From: an uncultured virus (IMG/VR IMGVR_UViG_3300027969_000088)
Lineage: Duplodnaviria; Heunggongvirae; Uroviricota; Caudoviricetes
Length of the DNA: 64,000 nucleotides
Virus record (IMG/VR): IMGVR_UViG_3300027969_000088
Strand: one strand, 5' to 3'
Shown: positions 9,067 through 18,255 of the stretch, piece by piece
Layout: each line of letters opens with the position of its first letter
How positions within the stretch are numbered: the first letter of the stretch is position 1
Program-made: the position numbers and the translations under genes
The notes under the pieces: model-generated
What the model was told of the DNA's origin: nothing
Databases searched by the model: none
The model's input: the letters and a program-made list of their open reading frames with translations, nothing else

Positions 9067-10926
9067 TCAAATTATTTCACAACCGTTTGGTCCAGCACAC
9101 CCTGATTGGTCCATAAGATTAGTATTATCTTTCATTTCGATAATCATAGTCATATCTAAATTTGATAAACTTTTCATACCCTCAAGATAAACTTCCTCAG
9201 TAATTGTCTCGTAAGGAGTCTGATCATAAGAACCTAAGTCTTCTGGCATTACAGACAAACCATTGTAATGATTTTTATTTTCCCACATCCATTCACCAAC
9301 CATACCCCACTCGTGGTTTCTCATAGTAACGGTAGCACTTACGTTGTGCGTATTTTCTCCGTACACATGACCGGGTTTAATCCATTTCTCGTGGAGTAAT
9401 TTAACACGCTCAAGGAATTCAATTGCTGACTCATCCAATCTTGTAATTGCACCTTTAGGAGCAGCGATAGGAATTTTAACAAAGGCCATGGTTGTAGGCT
9501 TAGCTATATCATCTTCAATTAACTCTGGGTGGTAAACTGCTAAGTACAAATACAAAGCCTCGTTCTTACCTAATTTAATTCTACGATAGTAATAATTGTC
9601 GTGCCATGGATGAACACCACTAGACGTTCCTAATACCAAAGAAGATGTACCAGATGGTTTTACGCAAGTGATACGAGCAGCAGTATTAATACCGATTGTA
9701 TTAGCAACAAAAACATTTGTTATTACCGCTGTTTCAGCAGCCTCAGCCATATCTAAATCAAGTACTTTACCAGAAGCAATGCCTGTCATTCCAATACCCA
9801 ATAAAGCTTCACGCTCAGTTACTTCTTTCCACTCTTCACGTAAGTAATGAAAGTCTGTGTATGATGCTTGAATCGTGCCAATGAATGCCGCAGCTTGTGT
9901 TCTGTCTTCGTAATCAAACTGGTCTGTGATGTCTGAGGCGTTAATTTCTACAAGGTTGCAGAACTGAAAACAATTTAACGAAATCTCACAGCATGGATTC
10001 GTACCTAAATTCAAATCATTTGTGAAATAAAAACCAGGCTCACCTGAGTTACTCAATTCAACTTTCTTCCACAAGTCTAAGAATTGCTGTTTAGAAATCT
10101 TATCTCTAAGAAGCATAGCACTATTGTTAGCACGACCACGCTGAGCATTGTTATCATACCACGTACCAAATTTACAAGTAAGCATTTCTTCATCATCGTG
10201 ATCAAACAAAGAAATCATTGCTGACCTTCTGATACCACCGCTCAATACTGCATCTGCTATATGACATAAGATATCATGGCATTGTATAGTAGATAATTGT
10301 GTTCCTTCTTCTACGCCTTGGAGAATACTTTCAATGTGAGCCAAACAAATCTTCAAAGGTTCTGGACCTGGAGCAACACCACCACTTGTGATTAGTCTCT
10401 CTCCTTTGGCACGAATCGATCTGAAATCAAAGTTTGGTTTCCAATTGCTGAGACCGAAATATCCCTTCATTAAAACCTTAATTGCATCAGCCCAACCTTC
10501 AATATTATCCGGAACTAAATAGCGTTTAGTTTTCTTTGGGTGAGTAATACTAGGTAATTTGGAAACATGATGTCTTTGGATAGAATACCCCACACCAGTG
10601 CCCGATAGTAATAAAAACATGGTCTCATTGAATGCCCTATAATCATCAATATGTAGATAGCTACAATTAAATAGACGAGCATTGTTAACCTCAATCGGCT
10701 TACCACCGAACTGAAGTGAACGCATAGAAGGGAGTACTTTCTTTTCATATACAAATTGGTAATTGATTCTGATTAACTTTTCGAGTTGAGGAAACTTACG
10801 AATGTGCATCTCCATATTACGAGTCACCATCTCTTCCCAAGTTTCCCTACGTTTTTCTGAATCTATGTATTTTGCATACTTAGCCCATACTACAACATCG
10901 GATAATATTTTGTGTTCTAATTCCAT
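9067..10926 (-). CDS. nrdJ: class II (adenosylcobalamin-dependent) ribonucleotide reductase
   Basis: LPSMRSLQ, FNCS, GGIRRSA, TNPCCEI, VKPSGT and a C-terminal CAGPNGC redox pair; no beta subunit nearby. Confidence 0.92.
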   Translation of the reverse strand: MELEHKILSDVVVWAKYAKYIDSEKRRETWEEMVTRNMEMHIRKFPQLEKLIRINYQFVYEKKVLPSMRSLQFGGKPIEVNNARLFNCSYLHIDDYRAFNETMFLLLSGTGVGYSIQRHHVSKLPSITHPKKTKRYLVPDNIEGWADAIKVLMKGYFGLSNWKPNFDFRSIRAKGERLITSGGVAPGPEPLKICLAHIESILQGVEEGTQLSTIQCHDILCHIADAVLSGGIRRSAMISLFDHDDEEMLTCKFGTWYDNNAQRGRANNSAMLLRDKISKQQFLDLWKKVELSNSGEPGFYFTNDLNLGTNPCCEISLNCFQFCNLVEINASDITDQFDYEDRTQAAAFIGTIQASYTDFHYLREEWKEVTEREALLGIGMTGIASGKVLDLDMAEAAETAVITNVFVANTIGINTAARITCVKPSGTSSLVLGTSSGVHPWHDNYYYRRIKLGKNEALYLYLAVYHPELIEDDIAKPTTMAFVKIPIAAPKGAITRLDESAIEFLERVKLLHEKWIKPGHVYGENTHNVSATVTMRNHEWGMVGEWMWENKNHYNGLSVMPEDLGSYDQTPYETITEEVYLEGMKSLSNLDMTMIIEMKDNTNLMDQSGCAGPNGCEII

Positions 10927-11327
10927 TAGAAAGCTTTTCCGTGTTTATAACCACGCATAGAGTTGTATTTCATTTTCAACTCAATGTGCTTTTCTAAATC
11001 GATACCAAGACCGCCACATAAATCAAATAGGCGAATTGCTACATCGGCAACCTCATCTTCAAAAGAAGACTTAACTGCAAGTTGAAATTTCTCTTTCCAA
11101 GCAATAGCTTTTAGCAAGAACTCTTCATCGGTTCTGTCTAATTCTAAATCTCTGCTTAAATCTTCAACTGCAAAAGGATCTGCATAGTGATTTTTACGTA
11201 GTGCTTCTTGGGCTTCTGCCAATTCACTAACGATTAACATTAACATTTCGGAAACATTTCTGTTTTCTGTTTCCCAGAAGCCTTTTTCTTTAGCTACTGC
11301 GTGTGCTTTCTCTATATAATTTTTCAT
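10926..11327 (-). CDS. MazG-like nucleotide pyrophosphohydrolase
   Basis: LIVSELAEAQEALRK...EDEVADVAIRLFD...KMKYN...HGK. Confidence 0.88.
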   Translation of the reverse strand: MKNYIEKAHAVAKEKGFWETENRNVSEMLMLIVSELAEAQEALRKNHYADPFAVEDLSRDLELDRTDEEFLLKAIAWKEKFQLAVKSSFEDEVADVAIRLFDLCGGLGIDLEKHIELKMKYNSMRGYKHGKAF

Positions 11328-11379
11328 AGGGGCTACAAATATAATCTGAGACCCTACGAAAAAGCAAATTAAATTTAAA

Positions 11380-11655
11380 TTATTTTTTGGTAGACTTACC
11401 GTTCTGCCCGTTACGAGCACGATTCTTTTTTGCGGATTCCAAAACTAAACCACCGCTCTTTGTGTGACTTAAGTCTTTACCAGCAGCGTGTCTTTTTCCG
11501 TAAACACCACGTTTACGTGCCTCACGATTTAATTCAATACGTTTAGCAACCTCCGATGGTTTTTTATTATAGGCTTTTTGATAAGCCAAATCTCTACCCG
11601 TGGCTTTATTAGAACCAGGTGCTTTATTTTTTCCTACGATTGTGTTTCTTGCCAT
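11380..11655 (-). CDS. small basic protein (HNH-remnant-like)
   Basis: K/R-rich; GKDLSH...NRARN; start at MARNTIVG. Confidence 0.7.
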   Translation of the reverse strand: MARNTIVGKNKAPGSNKATGRDLAYQKAYNKKPSEVAKRIELNREARKRGVYGKRHAAGKDLSHTKSGGLVLESAKKNRARNGQNGKSTKK

Positions 11656-11734
11656 GGGTAAATTCGTCAATTAAAATAAATATTCCTAATACAAAAACAA
11701 GCATTAAAGTCGAAACAATATATGCTGTGTTCAT
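11624..11734 (-). CDS. 36-aa single-TM peptide
   Basis: MNTAYIVSTLMLVFVLGIFILIDEFTHGKKHNRRKK, translationally coupled (ATGA); below the ORF-track cutoff. Confidence 0.5.
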   Translation of the reverse strand: MNTAYIVSTLMLVFVLGIFILIDEFTHGKKHNRRKK

Positions 11735-11877
11735 TTCTTTTTAGCGGTCTTTAGAGATTGTTTAAAAGCTTTTGCTGTCGGAGCACCCTTAGTACCCGGC
11801 TTTCTCATAGTCTCTCCGCTACCTGCTGCAATACGCTTCTTCTTAGCGTTTACATTTGCATAAAGTCCTTGTTTCAT
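11731..11877 (-). CDS. 48-aa basic peptide
   Basis: MKQGLYANVNAKKKRIAAGSGETMRKPGTKGAPTAKAFKQSLKTAKKK; coupled to both neighbours. Confidence 0.75.
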   Translation of the reverse strand: MKQGLYANVNAKKKRIAAGSGETMRKPGTKGAPTAKAFKQSLKTAKKK

Positions 11878-12014
11878 CCCTGACCTTTGTATTTTTTTTG
11901 ATAATTCCTACTACTCTTAGTAGAACTAGTCTTAGTCTTGGCGTGAACGCCTGGTCTACTAACTTTTGATTTAGCAGACCAAGATTTCACAGACGATTTG
12001 TCTTTATTTGCCAT
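11874..12014 (-). CDS. 46-aa basic peptide
   Basis: MANKDKSSVKSWSAKSKVSRPGVHAKTKTSSTKSSRNYQKKYKGQG; coupled to both neighbours. Confidence 0.72.
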   Translation of the reverse strand: MANKDKSSVKSWSAKSKVSRPGVHAKTKTSSTKSSRNYQKKYKGQG

Positions 12015-12226
12015 TATTTCTTTTTAGTGGCAGACTTCCACATTTGCTTTGCTGCTACAGCTTTACCAATAGCAGTTGCTTTTTTAGGAGACATACCTTT
12101 CTTTTCGTAACTCTTCGCTACAGCATCAGCCATAGGACCAAAACCCTTACCTTTTTTACCAATGTCTTTACCTGCTCTTGCAGCCTTTGCAATGGTGCTT
12201 CTTTGTTTTGCAGTTCCGTATGCCAT
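12014..12226 (-). CDS. small Lys/Ala-rich protein
   Basis: 70-aa ORF with TAATG coupling. Confidence 0.75.
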   Translation of the reverse strand: MAYGTAKQRSTIAKAARAGKDIGKKGKGFGPMADAVAKSYEKKGMSPKKATAIGKAVAAKQMWKSATKKK

Positions 12227-12438
12227 TAGTTACCGTACATCATAGGCATTTTCATTGCCTTTTTAGCGGGAGATTTTTTAGCAGCAGTTTTCTTAGCAAA
12301 CATAGCATCTTCTTTTTTTGCAACTTTTTTACTTTCGGTTTTTTCGTGCTTTACCATAGCTGCTTTAGAAGCGTACTTCTCCATGCCTCCGTGCTGAGAA
12401 ATCTTCTTAGCAGGGGCTTTTTTCATTGGTTTTTTCAT
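12226..12438 (-). CDS. histone-H1-like Lys-rich small protein
   Basis: MKKPMKKAPAKK...AKKSPAKKAMK. Confidence 0.75.
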   Translation of the reverse strand: MKKPMKKAPAKKISQHGGMEKYASKAAMVKHEKTESKKVAKKEDAMFAKKTAAKKSPAKKAMKMPMMYGN

Positions 12439-12439
12439 A

Positions 12440-13198
12440 TTAATTGTAGTTTTTCTTAGTTGTTTTAAATTGAGATCCAGCTTTTTTAGCAGGCATTTTA
12501 CTCTTTGTTTCCACGTATGGTCCTCCTCTTACTGTACCTGTATCTCCATAGTTATTTGAAGATTTGATTGTTGGTATTTTCTGAGCCGGCTTCGATACTG
12601 GAGCACTAACTGATTTAGTCATTGGCTTTATAGCAACTGTGTCCTTAACCATCGGTTTAGAAACGGCTGGTTTTGTTACGACCGTATCTTTGACTATTGG
12701 TTTACTTGCAGGTTTTTGATACTTTACAGGTTGTACTGGTTTTTTGTAAATGTCAATCCATCCTCCTCCTGTACCACGATTTGAAATACCTATTCCTCCT
12801 ATCGGTTTAATTTTTTGACCTTTAGGGTTCATATTAAGATCATATCTTCCTGACTTATTGTTTGGACGGTAATTTACAAAATCATAATCTTTTTTTGAAA
12901 ATTCTTTTGGTGAAACGCCTTTTTTTATATACAGCGGTGTATCGTCATTATTGAGTTTTATTTTTTTAAGTGTGTTTTTACTTTTGTTGTATAGATTTAA
13001 ACTATCGCTATATGATTTTATTCTTTTATCGTTAGGATTTGAAGTATAAATTGGCTCTGCTGTTTTAGAAATAGCTGTTTTTTTCCAAGTAAAAGATTCA
13101 TCCATTCTGGCAATCGGATTAACAGAAGTACCTTTAGGTTTAGGACCATTGCTCATTGCAGCTCTTTCGTACATATGATCCTTTAGTGACTTTGCCAT
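12440..13198 (-). CDS. basic hypothetical protein with KPxVKDTV repeats
   Basis: ORF with TATATTTG 3 nt upstream of the ATG at 13198. Confidence 0.75.
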   Translation of the reverse strand: MAKSLKDHMYERAAMSNGPKPKGTSVNPIARMDESFTWKKTAISKTAEPIYTSNPNDKRIKSYSDSLNLYNKSKNTLKKIKLNNDDTPLYIKKGVSPKEFSKKDYDFVNYRPNNKSGRYDLNMNPKGQKIKPIGGIGISNRGTGGGWIDIYKKPVQPVKYQKPASKPIVKDTVVTKPAVSKPMVKDTVAIKPMTKSVSAPVSKPAQKIPTIKSSNNYGDTGTVRGGPYVETKSKMPAKKAGSQFKTTKKNYN

Positions 13199-13210
13199 AT
13201 ACAAATATAA

Positions 13211-13315
13211 TTATTTTTTGGGTTTATTCTGTGATACCTTTACCTTACCACTTGGTTTGGTAGGTTTTGAGTTGTTGTGTTCTAGCTTCTTAGCTACAAA
13301 ATTACAGTTATACAT
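13211..13315 (-). CDS. 34-aa basic peptide
   Basis: MYNCNFVAKKLEHNNSKPTKPSGKVKVSQNKPKK, TAATG-coupled to the upstream gene. Confidence 0.45.
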   Translation of the reverse strand: MYNCNFVAKKLEHNNSKPTKPSGKVKVSQNKPKK

Positions 13316-13611
13316 TAGCACTTCCATCTTTTACGGGCTTGTCTCAGTCTTGAATTAGGATCTGAGGCCGCACCCGGAAACATTTTCATTTGACCAGCAC
13401 TACGAGCACAAAATGATTTGCGTCTCTTAGCGTCTGCACTACCTGCCTTTACCTTACCCGTAACGGCTGTTTTTAATTTACTACCTGGATTAGCCTTTCT
13501 ATATGCTGCAACACCTTTAGCCGTCATACCTGCCCCACTTTTAGTAGGGAGGTAATTAGCAGATTTGCCTTTAGTTGTTTTAGCTATTGGGTTATCCTTT
13601 CTAGTTGCCAT
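13315..13611 (-). CDS. basic phage protein (DUF6321-like)
   Basis: GMTAKGVAAYRKANPGSKLK...RRKSFCARS...RWKC. Confidence 0.8.
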   Translation of the reverse strand: MATRKDNPIAKTTKGKSANYLPTKSGAGMTAKGVAAYRKANPGSKLKTAVTGKVKAGSADAKRRKSFCARSAGQMKMFPGAASDPNSRLRQARKRWKC

Positions 13612-13612
13612 T

Positions 13613-14410
13613 TTAAACGTTTCTAGATAAAGCTGTTTGGAATGTATTTACGGCTGTATAAAAATTAGCTGCTTGTGTATCAGTTAAGCCTGTACCGATA
13701 GTCGCAAACGCAATTTGAGTTGGTGAAGGTTCAAATCCAGCAGATCCGTTTACAGCACAAACATAAATATTTTTATTAATTAACTGACTAGGAGCTTGAC
13801 TGCTTCTACTATCGAATAAAGAATTATTTTTATAAAGTTTTATTACGGAGCTAAGTCTTGATACTAAATAAAAACCATGAGAGTCTGGGTTAGTACTAAT
13901 AGTGGTATTCATACCTGCGTTTAGTCCATAATATAAATCACTCGAACCAGCGGCTTGTATATGTATACCATTATAACGACTAGTGTTTGCTCCAATCTGT
14001 CCATTGTCGGTAGGTAGTCCAATACTTCTAGAATATACAGAAATGTGTGCAGTACTCAAAGTACCGTTAACGCTAGGATTGTACCCAGTATCCATATAAC
14101 CAGTACTTCCGTCTCCTGTTATTCCAGTACTACTAACTGCCACTGTACCTGTAATAGTACCTGTGAATGAAGAACTTATAAGATTCTGTCTAACAGCTAT
14201 TGAACTATTACCAATCATAGGGTATGCAGCTTGAATAGAATTCCAAATACCATAAGCTTTCAAATCCACAACCAATTGCTTAACAGCGTTTTGTTCAGTT
14301 GTTGTAAGTGATCCTCCAGCAGCTACTACTCTGTCGATGTATGCTTGTCCGTCAGTATCAGGTGCACTACCACCAGAAGAAGCAATAATACTATTAAGTG
14401 TTAAATTCAT
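13613..14410 (-). CDS. tail/fibre-associated lectin-like protein
   Basis: DGQAYIDRVVAAGG...TGDGSTGYMDTG...FYTAVNTFQTALSRNV. Confidence 0.7.
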   Translation of the reverse strand: MNLTLNSIIASSGGSAPDTDGQAYIDRVVAAGGSLTTTEQNAVKQLVVDLKAYGIWNSIQAAYPMIGNSSIAVRQNLISSSFTGTITGTVAVSSTGITGDGSTGYMDTGYNPSVNGTLSTAHISVYSRSIGLPTDNGQIGANTSRYNGIHIQAAGSSDLYYGLNAGMNTTISTNPDSHGFYLVSRLSSVIKLYKNNSLFDSRSSQAPSQLINKNIYVCAVNGSAGFEPSPTQIAFATIGTGLTDTQAANFYTAVNTFQTALSRNV

Positions 14411-14413
14411 AGT

Positions 14414-14839
14414 TTAGATAACTATATCACCGAACACATAAGCCTCAGTAGGACTGATGAAAAGTATTCCGGCAGTACTATACTGAGCATTTATCTTTAA
14501 CTTACCACCAGAACTGCGTAAAGTCATACCAGCACCTGCAACGAAAGTAACTTGACCTGCTCCATATTGAGCAACCATTACTTGGTTTTCACGATTAAAT
14601 ACATTGGCAGGAACAGTTACGTTCACAGCACTTGCTGAGTTTATCTCAATTACTTTTTCAGAATCAAATAAAGTAAGTGTGTAAGCAGCGGTTTGTCTAG
14701 CACCTATATTGGTTGCTGAGATAGAACCAATTGGTATAATTTTACTTTCTCCAGAACTATTATCGAAGACTTCAAGTAGATCACTACTCTTGTCTAATTG
14801 TGTTGGGGACAACTTAGGTCCATTAGGGTTTATAGCCAT
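14414..14839 (-). CDS. tail fibre-associated protein
   Basis: YTLTLFD...QYGAGQVTFVAGAGMTL...VFGD, a typical fibre C-terminal module. Confidence 0.7.
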   Translation of the reverse strand: MAINPNGPKLSPTQLDKSSDLLEVFDNSSGESKIIPIGSISATNIGARQTAAYTLTLFDSEKVIEINSASAVNVTVPANVFNRENQVMVAQYGAGQVTFVAGAGMTLRSSGGKLKINAQYSTAGILFISPTEAYVFGDIVI

Positions 14840-14843
14840 GATT

Positions 14844-15050
14844 TTATATTTCGTTATTTTTATTTGTGAATTTTTCTGCTACAGTTCCGAGACCGTATGC
14901 AATGGTAATATATTCTACTGCCTCGATTGCTTTGATATCTTTATGTGCGAACATATATATAATCAAAGATAAGAATCCAATACCTCCAAGAAACCTCTTG
15001 TGAGAAGCTCCTTCGCTTGATGAGAACATATCTACAAAAAACTTTTTCAT
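14844..15050 (-). CDS. holin-like membrane protein
   Basis: SHKRF followed by two hydrophobic segments. Confidence 0.6.
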   Translation of the reverse strand: MKKFFVDMFSSSEGASHKRFLGGIGFLSLIIYMFAHKDIKAIEAVEYITIAYGLGTVAEKFTNKNNEI

Positions 15051-15379
15051 TTGATTATATCGCTTTGAGGATTGCTTATTTTCATCATTAAACCGCCTTC
15101 AAGTCTTTTAACTTCTTGGCCATTGTTTAACACGATGATTGTTGGAACTGTTCTGACTTTCATTTTGTCTTTTAGTTCTGGAAACTTATCCAAAGATAAG
15201 AAATAATATTTTACTCCGTTGACTGTTTTCCACTGGTAAGTATTTACTTTGTTCCATTCGTAGTTAATTTGAACTACTGTCTTACCATCATTTAAATTTG
15301 GAACTCCTTGCTCTGGTTTCTTAAATCCGAACCATATACCGATAACGGCTAGTGAGGCTATTGTTAAAAAAGTTTTCAT
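15047..15379 (-). CDS. membrane-anchored thioredoxin-fold protein lacking CxxC
   Basis: N-terminal TM; NYEWN at the WCxxC position; VRTVPTIIVLNNGQEVKRLEG. Confidence 0.7.
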   Translation of the reverse strand: MKTFLTIASLAVIGIWFGFKKPEQGVPNLNDGKTVVQINYEWNKVNTYQWKTVNGVKYYFLSLDKFPELKDKMKVRTVPTIIVLNNGQEVKRLEGGLMMKISNPQSDIIK

Positions 15380-15654
15380 CTCATTAAACGTTCTTCCATT
15401 TTTTCCAATCTCATATCAATTTTCTCAACCTTACGATCTATGTTATCTACTGTTGTTCGTAGTAACTGATCTTTTAATTGATACTCTTCGGCTGAGACCG
15501 CAGGTTTCGGTAATTGCTTTGCTTCTTCAATGTCAGATGAAAGTTTATAGTATACTCCCATCAATGACCCCAATCCACAAACTATTACGATTAAGAATTC
15601 CAACGTTAACGTAAATTTGGTATTCTTACTAACTTCCATACTTTGATTTTCCAT
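15376..15654 (-). CDS. TM + coiled-coil protein (lysis-associated?)
   Basis: Hydrophobic helix followed by a heptad-rich tail; TATCTTTG upstream. Confidence 0.65.
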   Translation of the reverse strand: MENQSMEVSKNTKFTLTLEFLIVIVCGLGSLMGVYYKLSSDIEEAKQLPKPAVSAEEYQLKDQLLRTTVDNIDRKVEKIDMRLEKMEERLMR

Positions 15655-15680
15655 TATTAACAAAGATAATAAATTAAAAC

Positions 15681-15712
15681 AAAAAACGCAAACCTTTGTA
15701 GATTTGCGTTTC
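15681..15712 (-). terminator. intrinsic terminator
   Basis: AAACGCAAA...TTTGCGTTT hairpin followed by a T run on the minus strand. Confidence 0.65.
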
Positions 15713-15746
15713 TAGATTTAGTACCTTAGATTTTCTAACTTTTAAT

Positions 15747-16076
15747 TTAGATAACCCAAGGTAAAGGTGTATTTTCTGGAGATACAGGAGGATTGATTTG
15801 AGAATCAATTTGACCTTGAATACAAGCCTCAATGTTTTCTACTCCGTCTGGTGTTAATTCGCTTTTAATCCAAGTTGTAACGATTTCGTTTGTTAGATCT
15901 TCATAGGGAATAAATGTAGATACTGAAGCTGTAGAAAATTGCGCTACATTGCTTAAGGTTGCGGTATAAATACCGTCTACTCCTGTTACGTCATAGTAAG
16001 CAATTACTACATAGTTCTGTTCATTTTCGACTGGTTGTGTGTAAAGGGTAGTTACTACCCAAGTATAGTTTGTCAT
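15747..16076 (-). CDS. tail fibre-associated small protein
   Basis: YTWVV...FIPYEDLTNEIVTTWIK...PLPW, a common phage family next to fibres. Confidence 0.7.
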   Translation of the reverse strand: MTNYTWVVTTLYTQPVENEQNYVVIAYYDVTGVDGIYTATLSNVAQFSTASVSTFIPYEDLTNEIVTTWIKSELTPDGVENIEACIQGQIDSQINPPVSPENTPLPWVI

Positions 16077-16080
16077 AGTT

Positions 16081-17517
16081 TTATGCTAATAATATTTTTT
16101 GTGCTACTCCGTTAATAATTACATCCCAAGTTTTAGTTTGTGCTGCTACCGCTGTTGTTACTGCTCCAGCGTTTGTTCCTGAACTACCAACTACAAATTG
16201 ATTGTTTGCAGTTGCAGTTGCACCTACTCCTATAATTACTGAACCCGAAAAATTTCCAGTTACAGTATTATAACCTATTGCAACATTATTGGAACCAGTT
16301 GTATTATTTTGAGCAGCAAATGTACCTATACCAGTATTACCACCACCTGTAGAAAATAATAAAGAACCACTTCCAACACCAGTATTATTACTACTTGTTG
16401 TTGTGGTAGCAACAGATTGGTAACCTATTCCTGTATTATTTGTTCCTGTAGTAACTGCAAGTCCTGCCTGAAACCCTACTGCGGTATTGTTTGAGCCTGT
16501 AGATGCTTTTAACGCTTGATAACCCATAGCAACTAAACCCGTAGCCGATGTATTCGTCAATAATGCTTGTGCCCCTACTGCCGTATTACTATCTGCGGTA
16601 TTCCCTTGTAATGCTTGAGCACCTATCGCAACACAACTAAATTGACCCGTACCTAATTGTAACGATAAATAACCAAGTGCTGTATTATTTCCTCCTGTAA
16701 TATTTGCTCCTAACGATAAATTACCTAAAGCGGTATTATTTGCCCCTGTAGTATTTGCAACGCTTGATTGAAAACCTACTGCAGTGTTGTTTGAGCCTGT
16801 AGAAACTCTTAACGCTTGATAACCTATTGCGGTAATTTGTGTTCCACTTGTATTAGTTAAAGCAGCCTCATAACCTACTGCCGTATTATTTGATGCCGTA
16901 TTATTTTGCAATGCCGTTCTACCAATTGCTACGTTATTACTTCCTGTCGAATTAAGCTGTAAAGAACGACCTCCTAAAGCAATATTACCTGTTCCCGTAG
17001 TTATAGAAGTTGCGGATAAATAACCTACAGCCGTATTGCTGCCCGCAGTTGAAACTCTTAACGCTTGGTAACCTACTGCAGTAGTTTCCGTTCCTGTTAC
17101 GTTTAAAGCCAAAGTTTGAGATCCTATAGCAGTATTACCGTCTGCAGTAGTATTTAATCTCAAAGCATGTTTTCCAAAAGCAGTATTAAAGCTTCCTGTA
17201 TTTGATAATAAAGCTTCATGCCCAAAAGCAGCATTGCTACCACCGGTTAAATTTGAAGATAAAGCCGATAAACCAAAAGCAGCATTATCTACACCGGTAG
17301 TGTTAGCCGTTAATGCTGTTTGACCAAAAGCAGTATTAGAAGCTATTGCTCCACCACCGTAATTTGTTACAGCCGTTGTAGAAAGCAAAAGAGGGGAGTC
17401 GTTTCCAGCTCCGTCAGATAATTTTTTTAATGTTGCGCTTATTGCGGTATTGTCCGTAGTTTTAATTAACCCAGAGAATGTTGTTGCTGGGGTTAATCCG
17501 CTTAATGTATTTCCCAT
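16081..17517 (-). CDS. tail fibre / adhesin with ~14-aa NTA(V/I)G repeats
   Basis: More than 20 tandem NTAVGxQAL-type repeats (YadA-head-like beta roll). Confidence 0.85.
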   Translation of the reverse strand: MGNTLSGLTPATTFSGLIKTTDNTAISATLKKLSDGAGNDSPLLLSTTAVTNYGGGAIASNTAFGQTALTANTTGVDNAAFGLSALSSNLTGGSNAAFGHEALLSNTGSFNTAFGKHALRLNTTADGNTAIGSQTLALNVTGTETTAVGYQALRVSTAGSNTAVGYLSATSITTGTGNIALGGRSLQLNSTGSNNVAIGRTALQNNTASNNTAVGYEAALTNTSGTQITAIGYQALRVSTGSNNTAVGFQSSVANTTGANNTALGNLSLGANITGGNNTALGYLSLQLGTGQFSCVAIGAQALQGNTADSNTAVGAQALLTNTSATGLVAMGYQALKASTGSNNTAVGFQAGLAVTTGTNNTGIGYQSVATTTTSSNNTGVGSGSLLFSTGGGNTGIGTFAAQNNTTGSNNVAIGYNTVTGNFSGSVIIGVGATATANNQFVVGSSGTNAGAVTTAVAAQTKTWDVIINGVAQKILLA

Positions 17518-17518
17518 A

Positions 17519-17641
17519 TTATGACCAAGTTTCTGTTATATCGTTCCAAAAAGTTACTGTTAATAGTTGCCATTGAACATCTCTAAAGTCAAGAATAGAA
17601 TCATATCTGACCTTATTTATACTAACACCAATGCCTATCAT
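17519..17641 (-). CDS. 40-aa hypothetical protein
   Basis: MIGIGVSINKVRYDSILDFRDVQWQLLTVTFWNDITETWS, ATGA-coupled. Confidence 0.55.
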   Translation of the reverse strand: MIGIGVSINKVRYDSILDFRDVQWQLLTVTFWNDITETWS

Positions 17642-17919
17642 ACCAAGTAAGCAATTACACTTCCACTAGTTAAAGTGATTGAACTAAAATAGTCTCCTTT
17701 AGGCATTGAAATAAGCATACCTTTTGTTAATGTTACTGAAGTGAGACCCAAATCAGAGGTTACATCATTTCCACTTTTGTTTAAAACAGCAGAAACTACT
17801 GCATCCGCATTTATAACAAAAGCTTGAAATCCTCCCGTATTAGCACTTGTGCCAGTCAATACTTTACACCCGGTCATTCCACCTTGAAAGTCTATTGATC
17901 TTGATTCGATAATTTCCAT
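17638..17919 (-). CDS. small virion/tail protein
   Basis: Ends FSSITLTSGSVIAY; TATCTTTG 4 nt upstream. Confidence 0.7.
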   Translation of the reverse strand: MEIIESRSIDFQGGMTGCKVLTGTSANTGGFQAFVINADAVVSAVLNKSGNDVTSDLGLTSVTLTKGMLISMPKGDYFSSITLTSGSVIAYLV

Positions 17920-17944
17920 AATTCAAAGATACATAATAAAAACA

Positions 17945-17972
17945 AAAAAGGCAACCCTCTCAGATTGCCCTT
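17945..17972 (-). terminator. intrinsic terminator
   Basis: GGCAA...TTGCC hairpin followed by a T run on the minus strand. Confidence 0.65.
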
Positions 17973-17991
17973 CTTAAAACCTAAAACTAAT

Positions 17992-18252
17992 TTATAAACA
18001 AGCAAGAGCTTGAGCCTTTGCCAATACGGTCAATTGCTCATTTTCTTTAATAAAGTTTTTTAGTGTTTCTACATCAGTAGGATCAAGCTCTAACTCTTCT
18101 CCTGCGTGTAATTTTAATGCCCAATGCCACAATTTAGCAGCATCTCCTTTGTTTGTAGTTGCTAAGATATTAGCAATTAATTTACCTAAATTGCTGTCTG
18201 CAATTTCTTTTCCGTCTAAACCTAAAAGGTTGTGATTTAAATTTATTTTCAT
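17992..18252 (-). CDS. hypothetical (fibre chaperone-like)
   Basis: 86-aa ORF within the tail operon. Confidence 0.7.
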   Translation of the reverse strand: MKINLNHNLLGLDGKEIADSNLGKLIANILATTNKGDAAKLWHWALKLHAGEELELDPTDVETLKNFIKENEQLTVLAKAQALACL

Positions 18253-18255
18253 ATA

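Noticed and set aside
2303..10926. Inteins or introns in the polymerase, terminase or RNR
   Set aside because: The ORFs are continuous, of normal length, and lack intein splice motifs or LAGLIDADG blocks
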